DNA of 64,000 nt from an uncultured Methanoregulaceae archaeon (GCA_963841015.1 CAWJAX010000005.1:288001-352000), one strand, 5' to 3'. Positions 31,366-42,103 are shown, numbered from the stretch's first letter. The notes: generated by a model not told the origin, from the sequence alone. Numbers and translations: made by a program.

Positions 31366-31615
31366 TAGCCCCTGATTTTTTTTATTCTTACGACGACATT
31401 TTAAAAAAAAATTATGTGACTAAAACTGGAATGAAAAAAGTGAGTATGATTTTCAAGCATTCTTTTTCGTGTTGATGGCTCCTGTATTCGGGTATATCGC
31501 GATATGGGGGTCGCCTCAGCGGCGGGGGTGGAGGCTTTGCAAAAGCCCCCAGGAGCGTGATAACTATCGATTGGAGTATTATTTTCCGAAGATTTTATGA
31601 AAAATTTAGGGGCTA
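31366..31615. mobile_element. Putative MITE-like / structured intergenic element
   Basis: Imperfect terminal inverted repeat: TAGCCCCTGATTTTTT at 31366-31381 and AAAAATTTAGGGGCTA at 31600-31615 match at 14/16. They enclose a GC-rich multi-hairpin core at 31478-31556. No ORF. Confidence 0.45.
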
Positions 31616-31651
31616 AAATAACACTTTACTCTTTTTATATATGGGAGGAAC

Positions 31652-32758
31652 TCATTGTTTCTCCGTTGCTTGTGTCAGCCGCTCCACATTGTTTTTCGTA
31701 AAGAACCCGTCGAAGTCACCATAGCGCTGGATATATTCGTTCACGATCAGGGTGTTTTGCGAAGGTTCAGAGAAAATCTGTCTGAGTCCCTCGCTCTCTG
31801 AACCCACAAGATCGAGAAGGAACGCCAATCCATCTTTTTTCAGGGTCTCAACGGTCGCTTCGATATCAATGGTCCGGAACGCCATATGGTGGACCCGGGT
31901 TCCGTAATTCTGAATGAACTTCTCGGTAGGGCCTGATTCCACATCGTTTGTAAATCGGGTAATACCTGATGTAAAGACCATCGCGAAGTCGTCAGGGTTA
32001 CGACGTGTGACACTTGTGATCGAGTTGAGTGATTTTACGTGGACGGCAAAGTCATAATGGTAGTTGGTGAGCGCAACAAATTCAAGGATCGCATCGCTAC
32101 GGTCCTGAGCCCGGACCCTTGTCGCCGTATGATCGAGAACGGAGATATTTTTAAGGTGCCGATATGCAGGTTTTACAAGATCCGGAGAAATGCGGGTCCC
32201 CCTTTGTGGGACATATATACGGTCCTTACCATGCCACTCAATAAATCCGAGGGAGTTTCCGGTGAATCGTGACGGGACAGTCTGGATGAACGAAAAGTTT
32301 TCTGATTCAACGGGTGAAGCGGTCAGGAATTCCACACCCCGCTCCTTCTGGATGGCAACATAATCCTGAATGTTCTTCGCGTCAAAGACAAACGTCTCCA
32401 GACGTGTGTTCGGCAGGGATCCAGTCATCCTTGCTTTGTTAAGCTCAATAAACGGGTTCTCCGCCAAATCCCGTGAACGGACTATGACTGATGCGGAGCC
32501 TGGTGTACTCAGCACATAGCTCTGGAACTCCTGTTCGAAAAAAGCTTCAACGCAGGATAGGCCGGTATATCTGAGAAGTTCGTACACTGCAGGTACCAGG
32601 TGGTCAGGTTCTGTGGCGATAATCACCGCATTGAGGTTGCCAACCAACCCCTCAAGTCCCGCGTCCCTGCGGATATCCAGGGCCAGTGCTGTCCTGTCCT
32701 CCAGATCCCGCTCCTGATCAGACATGTCTCCAAGCCCGGACTCATTTTTTGTATTCAT
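31652..32758 (-). CDS. VOC-superfamily protein with 4-hydroxyphenylpyruvate dioxygenase-like C-terminal domain
   Basis: LDHTA, VHHMAF, LRQIF and NEYIQR..DGFF..N parallel the HPPD motifs IDH / QHIA / LLQIF / EIIQR..GFG.GN. Confidence 0.72.
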   Translation of the reverse strand: MNTKNESGLGDMSDQERDLEDRTALALDIRRDAGLEGLVGNLNAVIIATEPDHLVPAVYELLRYTGLSCVEAFFEQEFQSYVLSTPGSASVIVRSRDLAENPFIELNKARMTGSLPNTRLETFVFDAKNIQDYVAIQKERGVEFLTASPVESENFSFIQTVPSRFTGNSLGFIEWHGKDRIYVPQRGTRISPDLVKPAYRHLKNISVLDHTATRVRAQDRSDAILEFVALTNYHYDFAVHVKSLNSITSVTRRNPDDFAMVFTSGITRFTNDVESGPTEKFIQNYGTRVHHMAFRTIDIEATVETLKKDGLAFLLDLVGSESEGLRQIFSEPSQNTLIVNEYIQRYGDFDGFFTKNNVERLTQATEKQ

Positions 32759-32918
32759 TGCTCTTCCTGTCCCCTCAGTCTATACATACGGTATTGAGTT
32801 GATAAAAATAGTTACTTGTACCTATCCGGAAAAATACCGGAATCATGGTCATGTAAAGGTGTTCATCCCACTATGTGTGGTTTTTGGCAAACTTCTGATT
32901 TTTACTATCCTGGATGAT

Positions 32919-33578
32919 TCAGGAACCGAACCGTTCGACAAAATACCTGGCGAACGGAATTATCAGGTAAACCAGCAATGAGACTGAAGGAATTACAAAT
33001 GAAATGATCGCAGCTAGCAAAGCGATACCTGGTATCAGCAGGGATTGATAAAAAAGTACTTTCAGGGATTTACTGTCAGCCTCGGGATCGAGCAGGTATT
33101 TGGATTGTGAAATATAGTGAAGGTGGTATGTAAAAATGAGCCCGACGATAAGAATGTTGATGTGGAAGAGCAGCACGGCAATCAGGATATCGGGGTAGTC
33201 TCCAGCCACGTCGGTGGAAAATGGTATAAGGACAACAGAAATAAGCAGGAATATGTTAATCCAGAGCAAACGGGAATCGACGGTGCGGACGAAATGAAAC
33301 TGGTGGTGATGATCCAGCCAGAAACCTGCAAGAATCAAAAAAGCGATAATAAAAATAAAGATTTCCGGAATAAGGCCGAAAATTTGGTTGGGAAGCACTT
33401 CCTGAGCCTGGGATATATCCGGTTTTGGGGGATTAATCCCAAGTACGAGAATAGTCATTGCGATGGCAAAGATGCCATCGATGATAGTTTCCAATCGGTT
33501 TTTTGAGATATGATAATACATTCTCTGTCTTAGTCCGCTCATATCAGTCATAGGATTATCCCGATATGCAGATATCAT
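32919..33578 (-). CDS. TMEM175 family potassium channel
   Basis: RLETIIDGIFAIAMTILVL, FW.DHH..F, IPFST; 6 TM helices. Confidence 0.92.
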   Translation of the reverse strand: MISAYRDNPMTDMSGLRQRMYYHISKNRLETIIDGIFAIAMTILVLGINPPKPDISQAQEVLPNQIFGLIPEIFIFIIAFLILAGFWLDHHHQFHFVRTVDSRLLWINIFLLISVVLIPFSTDVAGDYPDILIAVLLFHINILIVGLIFTYHLHYISQSKYLLDPEADSKSLKVLFYQSLLIPGIALLAAIISFVIPSVSLLVYLIIPFARYFVERFGS

Positions 33579-33724
33579 TTTCCCGCCGTGTTATGACCCT
33601 GTAAAAAACCGAGCGTATCTTTTTTTCCATCCAGGTTCTCCATCATCAACCCTTATCTGTGGCACAATGAAATAGGGGGAATCTCCTCGTGCACATCTTT
33701 ATACTTCGATAGTGAAATCACTAG

Positions 33725-34402
33725 ATGGAGAGGATTATGAAGATTATTGGTATAAACGGGAGTCCGAAAAGGGAAAAGAGCCAGACACGCAGGCTTGTTC
33801 TGGGAGTCCTTGAGGGAGCTCGTCAGGCAGGGGCTGATGTAACCTTTGTGGACATCTGCGGCATTGAAATCAAATACTGCACAGCGTGCGGTTCATGTTA
33901 CGCGAAGGGAGAGTGCATCCATGATGATGACTTCCCGGCACTGCTGGAAAAGATGCTTGATGCAGATGGTATTGTATGGGGTTCACCAAATTATATTGAC
34001 TCGGTCACTGCGCAGCTGAAGACTATGTTCGACCGGATGGCGGATTCGATCCACTGTCAGTCCTTTACGGGAAAGTACGGTTGCGCAGTCTCGACAGCAG
34101 GGGGTTCCATGGCAGACGAGGTTGCGGATTATATGAACGCGACGATGCTGCATCTCGGTGCGACAACTGTCGGCAAGGTGGCGGTGCTTGTCGGTGCCGA
34201 CCCGAACGCGATTGTACCGGCAGAAAAGGAGGCAAAAGAGCTGGGCAGGAAACTGGTTGATGCAATCAGGTCGACATGGAAGGATCCGGTTCAGGAAAAA
34301 CAACACGCAGAACGCAGGGAATACTTCAGGCGACTGGTAATGTTCAACAAAGATATCTGGAAGCATGAGTATGATTACTGGAAAGGTATAGGTGAGCTGT
34401 AA
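33725..34402 (+). CDS. Iron-sulfur flavoprotein / flavodoxin family protein
   Basis: GINGSP, CTACGSC.....C, GSPNY..V.AQLK..DR. Confidence 0.92.
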   Translation: MERIMKIIGINGSPKREKSQTRRLVLGVLEGARQAGADVTFVDICGIEIKYCTACGSCYAKGECIHDDDFPALLEKMLDADGIVWGSPNYIDSVTAQLKTMFDRMADSIHCQSFTGKYGCAVSTAGGSMADEVADYMNATMLHLGATTVGKVAVLVGADPNAIVPAEKEAKELGRKLVDAIRSTWKDPVQEKQHAERREYFRRLVMFNKDIWKHEYDYWKGIGEL

Positions 34403-34439
34403 CTTTTTTATAAAAAACAGGATGCAAATAGTCAGGGAT

Positions 34440-35645
34440 TTATCCCATATGGATTTCATATCCATTATCAGCCAACGTTTTTTTGAATGCTTCGATATGT
34501 TCCCACCCTCGTGTTTCCAGCTCAATACTCACTCTCGCCATCTGCATGGGTAAATCACTCTCTCCCTGCATATGGTGGACATGGAGAATGTTGCCCTGCT
34601 CCTTTGCGATCACGGCCAGAAGGCGTGCCAGAGCTCCGGGCTGGTCATCCAGAATTACGGAAAAGTGCATAGTTTGTCCCTTACGGGCAAGAGATTGCCG
34701 GATGACCCGGAAGAGCCGGGCACTTTCAATATTCCCCCCACTTATCACGAGCACAACCGTACTGCCGGGCTGCACATCAATGGAACCATTCAGTAACGTG
34801 GCAAGCGGCACAGCACCTGCACCTTCGGCGACTACATGTTTGCGTTCGAGCAGCAGGAGCATTGCGTCGGCGATCTCATCTTCAGATGCAAGTGCAAGAT
34901 GATCAACATAGTGCTGTATGACAGGTAGCGTGTTTTTACCTGTCTCTGCCACCCGGATACCATCAGCAATAGTCTCTCTCACCGGAATCCGGTATGGAGA
35001 TCCGTGCCGGATCGCTTCTCCAACGGAGGGACACGCTTCTGTCTGGACCCCTATGATTCTGATTTCTGGCTTTTTTGCTTTTACAGCCGTGGCTATTCCG
35101 GCGATTAATCCTCCCCCTCCGACCGGGATTATGATCATGTCTGTCTCTGGGAGATCAGCGAGAATCTCTAGTCCTATAGTTCCCTGCCCGGCAATCACTT
35201 CCTCATCATCGTACGGGTGGATAAAGAGTCGCCCTTGAGATGCGATCTGCTGCGCCCTCAGGATACTTTCCTCTAAAGTCTGGCCATGAATTATAACCTG
35301 TGCCCCATACCCTCTGGTCGCTTCCTGCTTTGAGATGGCAGACCATTCAGGCATGACGATTGTGGCGGGAATGCCTGCCGAATGTGCTGCAACCGCAACA
35401 CCCTGCGCATGATTTCCGGCTGAGGCAGCGATAACTCCCTGCTCCCTGATTGCATCGATATGAGAAAGAATCTTATTTGTTGCCCCTCTCACCTTGAATG
35501 ATCCCGATTTCTGAAGTGTTTCGAGCTTAAGGTAGACCTTTGCCCCGGTTATCTGAGAAATTGTTGGAGAGTAGACAAGGGGGGTATGGATTATGTGTTG
35601 GGAAATCCGTATTTCAGCTTCCTTGATTTCTGCAAGCGAAATCAT
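34440..35645 (-). CDS. ilvA: Threonine ammonia-lyase with C-terminal ACT domain
   Basis: GSFKVRGA (PLP Lys), ASAGNHAQG, PVGGGGL, SGGNI, DQPGAL. ATG at 35645. Confidence 0.95.
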   Translation of the reverse strand: MISLAEIKEAEIRISQHIIHTPLVYSPTISQITGAKVYLKLETLQKSGSFKVRGATNKILSHIDAIREQGVIAASAGNHAQGVAVAAHSAGIPATIVMPEWSAISKQEATRGYGAQVIIHGQTLEESILRAQQIASQGRLFIHPYDDEEVIAGQGTIGLEILADLPETDMIIIPVGGGGLIAGIATAVKAKKPEIRIIGVQTEACPSVGEAIRHGSPYRIPVRETIADGIRVAETGKNTLPVIQHYVDHLALASEDEIADAMLLLLERKHVVAEGAGAVPLATLLNGSIDVQPGSTVVLVISGGNIESARLFRVIRQSLARKGQTMHFSVILDDQPGALARLLAVIAKEQGNILHVHHMQGESDLPMQMARVSIELETRGWEHIEAFKKTLADNGYEIHMG

Positions 35646-35790
35646 ACATGAAAAAGGTATCCGGAAGGTTATGAGGATTACTTCAAAAAAAAACGATTCC
35701 GGGGTTCTCTCAATCAAACAATCGAAAAAATCCTGCGGTCCAAAAAAAATTCATTTATTTCCAAGGTAAATAAAGAGGGAAATACAGGCA

Positions 35791-36891
35791 TTAGTGTGGA
35801 GTTCTTTTCTTGATCATCTCAAGTGCTTCGAATGCTTCGCGTCTCACGGCGACATTTTCATCAGTAAGGAGGCTGGTCAGGTGATCAACAGCTTTCTGGT
35901 CGCCGATCTCACCGAGTAGGAGCGCGGCACGCTTCCGTACATCGCTCTGGTCGTCTTTTAATACCATGATGAGAGGTGTCGTCGCAGGCTGCCCAAGCAT
36001 CCACAGCGCTTCCATAGCGCTTGTCCTAACCATAGCATCTCCCGTACGGAATACCTGCATGAGAGGCGCAATGGCAGGAACTCCAAGAGCAGCCAGTGCT
36101 TTTACGACTTCAATACGGACTGACCGCTCCGGGTCATTAAGTCTCTCCATGATTGGAGGAATTGCCCGAGTGTTCCCTATCTGCCCGAGCACTTCTACAG
36201 CACCCTTGCGGATACCCGGGGTCTGATCACCGAGCGCTTTGATCAAAGTATCTACAGCAGGTTCTCCGATAGTAACCAGTGCGAGAGTTGCCCTGTGGCA
36301 GATATCCTCATTTGGATCGATGAGTGCACGGATAAGTGGTTCAATAGCTGGCTCACCGAGAGAACAGAGTGTTGCCATTGCGGCCATCCGGACAGGCTCT
36401 TTTATATCATTGAGTGTTTCTATAAGCGGCCCTATTACACGTGGATTCCCGATTCTGCCAAGTGCGACGGCGCTTTCATATCGTACCATAGCATCGGGAT
36501 CTTTGAGAGATTCAATAAGCTGGGGTACAGCCCGTGTTTCACCCATAATCCCGAGTGCCTGAACAGCACCTCTCCGGACGAACGGGTGACCATGTTTTAA
36601 CCCCTGAATTAAAGCACCTACTGAAGGCTCACCAATCAATTGAAGTGCTCGAATGATCTCCTGCCGGACATCTTCACCTGGCTCGTGCAGTGCCTCAATT
36701 AATGGTCCCACAGCAGGAGCACCTATTTTTCCGAGTGTATCTGCTGAACCCCGCCTTATTATCCAGTATTCATCCTTGAGACCACGGATGAGCGGTTCGA
36801 TGAATGGCTCGCCAAGGTCGCCAACCGATCGCACTGCATTCCACCGGGTATCCAGATCACCTTCACTAAGTGCCGTGAGGAAGTCTTTCAT
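35791..36891 (-). CDS. HEAT/PBS-lyase repeat protein
   Basis: About a dozen (A/V)xxPLIxxLxD..VRxxAxxALGxIG repeats. Confidence 0.9.
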   Translation of the reverse strand: MKDFLTALSEGDLDTRWNAVRSVGDLGEPFIEPLIRGLKDEYWIIRRGSADTLGKIGAPAVGPLIEALHEPGEDVRQEIIRALQLIGEPSVGALIQGLKHGHPFVRRGAVQALGIMGETRAVPQLIESLKDPDAMVRYESAVALGRIGNPRVIGPLIETLNDIKEPVRMAAMATLCSLGEPAIEPLIRALIDPNEDICHRATLALVTIGEPAVDTLIKALGDQTPGIRKGAVEVLGQIGNTRAIPPIMERLNDPERSVRIEVVKALAALGVPAIAPLMQVFRTGDAMVRTSAMEALWMLGQPATTPLIMVLKDDQSDVRKRAALLLGEIGDQKAVDHLTSLLTDENVAVRREAFEALEMIKKRTPH

Positions 36892-37244
36892 ACCGCAGAG
36901 TCTGCGTTTGTAATTGTGCTTCCTCCCGCTCCTTTTTCCCCCCTTCATCACCTTTGCCTGACTTAAACATATTGACAAATTTCTTTGTGATACCCATGTA
37001 CTTTCTCCGAACGAGTATTAGTATAAAATCCTTCAAATAGGTATCGGATACCTGTGACAGGTTTTAAACCTCTTTGGGATAATTTAACCGGTTTTTTTAT
37101 CGATCTGAGGTGTGGAACATCCCATTGATGTGAGGTAATAAAAACCCTCGAGGAACAAACAATGTACTGACAGTTTTCAGGGATAGGGTTTGATTTCAGG
37201 CCAAACTCACTGATGTTCCATCATAGTATGACAATTTTATCAAT

Positions 37245-37267
37245 TTTTCAAAAAAGTTTTTTGAAAA
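37245..37267. promoter_or_regulatory. Perfect 11-bp-arm palindrome (terminator or operator)
   Basis: TTTTCAAAAAA-G-TTTTTTGAAAA, about 37 bp beyond the stop of the PEGA gene. Confidence 0.4.
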
Positions 37268-37303
37268 GGGAGGGGAATAGCCCCCCGCTGCATTTTTTTT
37301 AAA

Positions 37304-38207
37304 TTATGAGGTGAAGCCAACCGTGAATTGGGTGGTACTGGATGCCGTTTTTGGGAGATCATACACATACATGGTATAATAACCGGCAGGCATTGAGCTT
37401 TCAAGAGTATATTTAAAATTCCATGTTTTATCTGCCAAACACGATAACGAACCTAATTCAACACCACTGGAGTACCGTGCAGGCCCATATAATACGAGTA
37501 AAACATTTTGTGCACCAGTTGTGCATTGGCCCGAAAATGTGATGGACTCTCCAGGTGCAGCTGCGTAAGAATTCGCTGCAATGGATACAACACCCCCACC
37601 AACAGCCGTAAACTCAACCCTGCCGGATGTTGTTTTTTTTGCATCCTCCACTACCAGAGTGTATGAACCTGACTGGATAGAAAATCCTGGATTCCAGGTA
37701 TAACTCCATGAACCGACGGAATTAACGCTCGGTTTGCCAAGAAGCACTCCATAAGTGTAATATCCTGGCCCGTATAGTGTCAATAACACGTTATCAGGGC
37801 CAGAACTCGTTCCTGAAAACAGAAGCGAGTCTCCAATAATCATTGTCTCTTTACTTGCCTGAACGGTAACTTTGGGTGGTGAAGGAATAATAATGGGAAT
37901 TTTATCCTGAGGTACCTGAGTATCGGGAAGACGTGTTAATGCAGCATAATAGTGAGATGTACCTGAAGAAACCAAAATGGCTGTTGACCAACTTTGATAA
38001 CCGGGAGAACGAAATTCAAGCGTATGATTTCCTGGTTCCACATTTGTAATTGTACTCTGGTGTACTACCCTGATATTGACTATCCAGGTACACTTGAGCC
38101 TCGGAAGGCGATGAGGCAAGTTGAAGGGTTCCTTTCTCCTGACCTGATATGCATCCGGAGATTAACACACAGCATACTAAGATTGAAACAAGAATCTTTC
38201 TGTCCAT
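37304..38207 (-). CDS. PEGA-domain lipoprotein with Ig-like repeats; +1 frameshift near 38057
   Basis: Lipobox ISGC. GTLQLASSPSEAQVYLDSQYQGSTP continues in the next frame as STITNVEPGNHTLEF. Two FSG..V.L.LYGP..Y..G repeats. Confidence 0.8.
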
Positions 38208-38308
38208 TTTTACGTCCATCTCTCCCACGATAACCCTTATTGTGCATCATTATATAGGTTTGGAAAAAAAAATTGTCCTTGAAAAAACATCCGGACAGTC
38301 GATTAACT

Positions 38309-39205
38309 TCACCTTGTAAGGCGCAGGATTTCCTGAGCGAGTGCGACACTCTTATCTTCATCGATCATGAGTGTGTCAAACCTGACCGAATTGCTGAGCT
38401 CCGTCGTATCGCGGATATCCTGCACGAATATGCTGGTGATCCCTTCATAGCACTTTAATGTCCCCCTTGAGCTGGGTTCGAATCCTGCTGCCTGCATGAG
38501 AGCACCAGCAGGCCCGCTGACCGGGGTATCACCAATGAACGGACTTATTGCAATTACTAATTTGTCCCCTAGGGCAGATTTTATTCCCTCGCATGCAAGA
38601 ATCGGAGAAATACTGGTGATTGGATTGGACGGCCCGATCACTACAACATCACTTGCTTCAATCACGGCAAGAACCTCTTCGGTTGCCACAGGTGGTTCAT
38701 TAAAACTCCTCACTACCTGCTGTATTTCGATCTTTCCTTTTGCCCGAACCCAGTATTCCTGAAAGTGAATCAGGCCAAGATCTGTTTTTACCAGTGTTGT
38801 CACTTCGGTATCGGTCATGGGGAGCACATTCTCCCGAACGCCGAACCGGTCGCAGAGAATTTTTGTAGCATTAGTCAGTCGCATCCCGTTTCTTATCATT
38901 TCACCGCGGGCGATCTGCACTGCACGGTCTTTATCGCCGATAGCGATGAACTCATCAATGCCCAGCCGGGCAATCTCATCGTGGGTGGTAAATGAATCGC
39001 TCCTGACTCCCCACCATGTATCGGTATTGAGAATACCCGCAAACAAGTACATAACCGTGTCAAGATCTGGAGAGAGGTGATTTCCCGATATCCATATATC
39101 CTCGGCAGTGTTAACGACGACAGAGATCTCATGCCTGTCCATAACCTTCTGCATTCCCCGCAGGAGCTTCGGGGTGCCTGTCCCCCCGGAAAGGAACGTA
39201 ATCAT
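38309..39205 (-). CDS. cofD: 2-phospho-L-lactate transferase (F420 biosynthesis)
   Basis: [39 protein letters not shown]. Confidence 0.96.
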   Translation of the reverse strand: MITFLSGGTGTPKLLRGMQKVMDRHEISVVVNTAEDIWISGNHLSPDLDTVMYLFAGILNTDTWWGVRSDSFTTHDEIARLGIDEFIAIGDKDRAVQIARGEMIRNGMRLTNATKILCDRFGVRENVLPMTDTEVTTLVKTDLGLIHFQEYWVRAKGKIEIQQVVRSFNEPPVATEEVLAVIEASDVVVIGPSNPITSISPILACEGIKSALGDKLVIAISPFIGDTPVSGPAGALMQAAGFEPSSRGTLKCYEGITSIFVQDIRDTTELSNSVRFDTLMIDEDKSVALAQEILRLTR

Positions 39206-39253
39206 TACTCAATACTTTAATGCGTGATATATGAAGATTCTTTTAGTGAAATC

Positions 39254-40454
39254 GTGAAGATAATTAAAGACCCGGTTCATGGTTATATTGAAGTCGAGGA
39301 TTTTGCATTAGCCCTGCTTGATTCTCTGGCGTTGCAACGTCTCCGCTACATTAAACAACTCGGTTTTTCGTACCTTGTGTATCCCGGTGCCAATCATACA
39401 CGTTTTGAACACTCGCTCGGTACTATGTTTCTTGCAGATGTAGCCTCACACAGATTCGGGCTTTCTGAAAGTGAACATACCCTGGTGGTTGCTGCGGCCC
39501 TTCTTCATGACATCGGTCACGGCCCTTTTTCCCATGCGAGCGAACCGCTTATGGAGAAGTTCCTGCACCGGACCCATGATGATATTAAAATTATTATCGA
39601 GGATCAGGTGGGAAGTGTGCTCCGTACGTGGGGGATTGATCCGGATGAACTATGTGCTGTTGTGAAAGGAAATCATTCGTTGTCCCAAATAATTCACGGC
39701 GATCTGGATGTAGACCGGATGGACTACCTTCTCCGGGACGCCTATTATACCGGTGCTCCCTGACGGTTCAGTTGATGCACAGCGCCTCATCCGGCACCTG
39801 ATCCGGACCAGTGAGGGTACGGTTCTTGATGAGAATGGGGTTAATGCGGCCGAATCGCTTCTTATTGCGCGCACGCTCATGCGGCCGACCGTGTATTATC
39901 ATCATGTGAGTCGGATTGGTGAGAGCATGTTCCAGCTGGCAGTACTGGAACATATCAGTGATAGAGAAAAAGTGGTCTCCCAACAACTCTTCCAGATGGA
40001 TGACTCGACCTGTTTGCATGCATTGCGTACTTCAGAAAATCCTGTTGCCCGAGAACTTGCCCTCCGTCTTTATGAGCGCCGGCTCTATAAACGGGCAATT
40101 TATGTGGGCACCGATCAGGTAAGTACCCCGTTCTTTGAGCAGGGAATACCTCTAGAAAAATGCCGTGAACTCGCTATAAAGATCGCATCGAATGCCGGCC
40201 TCCTCCCGCATGAGGTCCTGGTAGATATTCCCTCAACTCCCCGTGAGATGTCACTTGGAGTACGGGTGAAGAACCGGCATACGGTTGTCGGTTTTAACGA
40301 GATCTCCCCTCGCATCCGAACCCTCAATATTACCCGACGGGCACAGTGGCGCCTCGGTGTGTATACCCTTCCCGAGCACAGGGATTTGGTTGCCGAAGTT
40401 GGCTGTGAGGTTCTACACTTAAAAAAACCGACACGACAGGATACTCTGTTTTGA
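39254..40454 (+). CDS. HD-domain phosphohydrolase (dNTPase/SAMHD1-like); +1 frameshift at about 39762
   Basis: DPVHG, QRLR.IKQLG, HTRFEHSLG, LLHDIGHGPFSH, DVDRMDYL.RD; then VYYH and RRLYK in the second frame. Confidence 0.9.
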
Positions 40455-40515
40455 CGGATTCCCGCGGACACATTAATAAAAAATATTATATTACTATCTC
40501 CCAACACTCACCCAT

Positions 40516-40998
40516 ATGAAAAACAGGATATTCATCTTGCTAATTCTTATTTTCGCGTTAGCAATCAGTGCCGGATGTATCCAGGGTCTGCTACCTGGTA
40601 CAACACCGGCACCCACACCCATACAAACATCAGAAATAGCACAAACCCCAACGATTCCCCTTCAAAAACCCTCGTTTTCCATGAGCGATCATTACCTGAA
40701 GAAAACGTACGCCTTCCAAAGTGAGCAGCAAATTTATACTGAAGAGATCCGGGTTGACACGGTCTCGTGGGGAATTGAGTTTGATGTTCTTCCGCTGACA
40801 GACAACGTCGTCTATAGCTGGTTTGAAATGAATGTTACCAATACTGATACAGGGCAGTCAGATATTTACGGGTATGGTCGTACCAATGGTTTTGAGCTCA
40901 AGCACCTGATACCAATGTATAATACGGGACCATACAAAATCGAGATGAGAGGCAATCGCGTTAAAGTGGATGTCGCTGTTGCAAAAAGAAATCCCTGA
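40516..40998 (+). CDS. Hypothetical lipoprotein
   Basis: Signal peptide with SAGC lipobox, P/T-rich linker, beta-rich domain. Confidence 0.75.
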   Translation: MKNRIFILLILIFALAISAGCIQGLLPGTTPAPTPIQTSEIAQTPTIPLQKPSFSMSDHYLKKTYAFQSEQQIYTEEIRVDTVSWGIEFDVLPLTDNVVYSWFEMNVTNTDTGQSDIYGYGRTNGFELKHLIPMYNTGPYKIEMRGNRVKVDVAVAKRNP

Positions 40999-41006
40999 TT
41001 ATTGAG

Positions 41007-41462
41007 ATGAATGCAATGATTGAAGAATGGATTGTTGTGATATGTGGTGTTGTGGCGATTGTTGTTGTCATGACCGTTACACTGTTGAAACTTCGCAGTG
41101 CTGAGCGCAGGATGCACGAAAGCACCTACAAACTCAAGGTCTATACAGATCTGTTGAATGCTATTACCGAGCTGAACCTCGCTACTGGTGATCCTTATAA
41201 AATGGACATCGCAAAAAAGAACCTTGCCATCACGCTCAACCGTTTGAACCTTGTGGGAAGTTCCGGTGTGCTCAAGAGCACAAGCGATCTTTTGGACTTT
41301 TTAAACGAACACAAGGACAAGGATTACGATACACTTCGCCTTCACAATATTCTCAATACTCTTGTAATTGAAGCGCGCCGGGATCTTAACCCCACCCATG
41401 CACGTCGCGTGGAAGAAGCGCATGTGCGGTACCGCTTCTTTGCGCCACCAAAAACAAAATGA
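41007..41462 (+). CDS. Hypothetical membrane-anchored helical protein
   Basis: One N-terminal TM helix and a helical soluble part; 8 bp after the lipoprotein gene. Confidence 0.7.
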   Translation: MNAMIEEWIVVICGVVAIVVVMTVTLLKLRSAERRMHESTYKLKVYTDLLNAITELNLATGDPYKMDIAKKNLAITLNRLNLVGSSGVLKSTSDLLDFLNEHKDKDYDTLRLHNILNTLVIEARRDLNPTHARRVEEAHVRYRFFAPPKTK

Positions 41463-41548
41463 TTTTTTAAATTTTTCTTCAGGATTCCGGCATAAACTCT
41501 TTTTATCCTGAATCAGACATTGGTATCACAGGAGAGCGCGAGGATACA

Positions 41549-42103
41549 ATGGAAAAAGAATTTGTTATCGGAGTGACTGGGGCGAGCGGAGTGTGCTATG
41601 CACGACGACTGCTCGAAGTGCTCTGCAGGGATGCAAAGGTTCACCTTATCGTTTCGGAGGTTGCGCAGCAGATTGCCGATCACGAAGGTGTTTCCTTTGA
41701 AGGGTTCAATGCAACATACCATTCAATTAACAAGATTGCGGCACCGATCGCAAGCGGATCCAACCGGTTTGACGGTATGGTAGTAATTCCCTGCAGCGCT
41801 AAGACCCTTGCTGCAATTGCTATGGGATATGCAGACAACCTGATTACCCGGACTGCGGATGTCTGCCTTAAGGAGCACCGTACCTGTATTCTGGTTACAA
41901 GGGAAACCCCGCTCTCAAAGATTCACTTGAAGAACATGCTTGCTGCAGAGGATGCCGGGGCGACGATTATGCCCGCTTGTCCCGGGTTCTACAATAATCC
42001 GGAAACGATTGATAATCTGGTTGACATGGTCGTCGCCCGTGTCCTTGATCATCTCGAGGTGGAACATTCACTTGCAAAGCGCTGGAGCGGTTACGATGCG
42101 TGA
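41549..42103 (+). CDS. ubiX: Flavin prenyltransferase UbiX
   Basis: GVTGASG, IASGS, PCS.KTLA, RETPL, PGFY. Confidence 0.95.
   Translation: MEKEFVIGVTGASGVCYARRLLEVLCRDAKVHLIVSEVAQQIADHEGVSFEGFNATYHSINKIAAPIASGSNRFDGMVVIPCSAKTLAAIAMGYADNLITRTADVCLKEHRTCILVTRETPLSKIHLKNMLAAEDAGATIMPACPGFYNNPETIDNLVDMVVARVLDHLEVEHSLAKRWSGYDA

Noticed and set aside
35791-36891. Periodic sequence suggesting a CRISPR or DNA repeat array
   Set aside because: The periodicity is protein-level HEAT repeats. No identical DNA repeats with spacers and no cas genes were seen.
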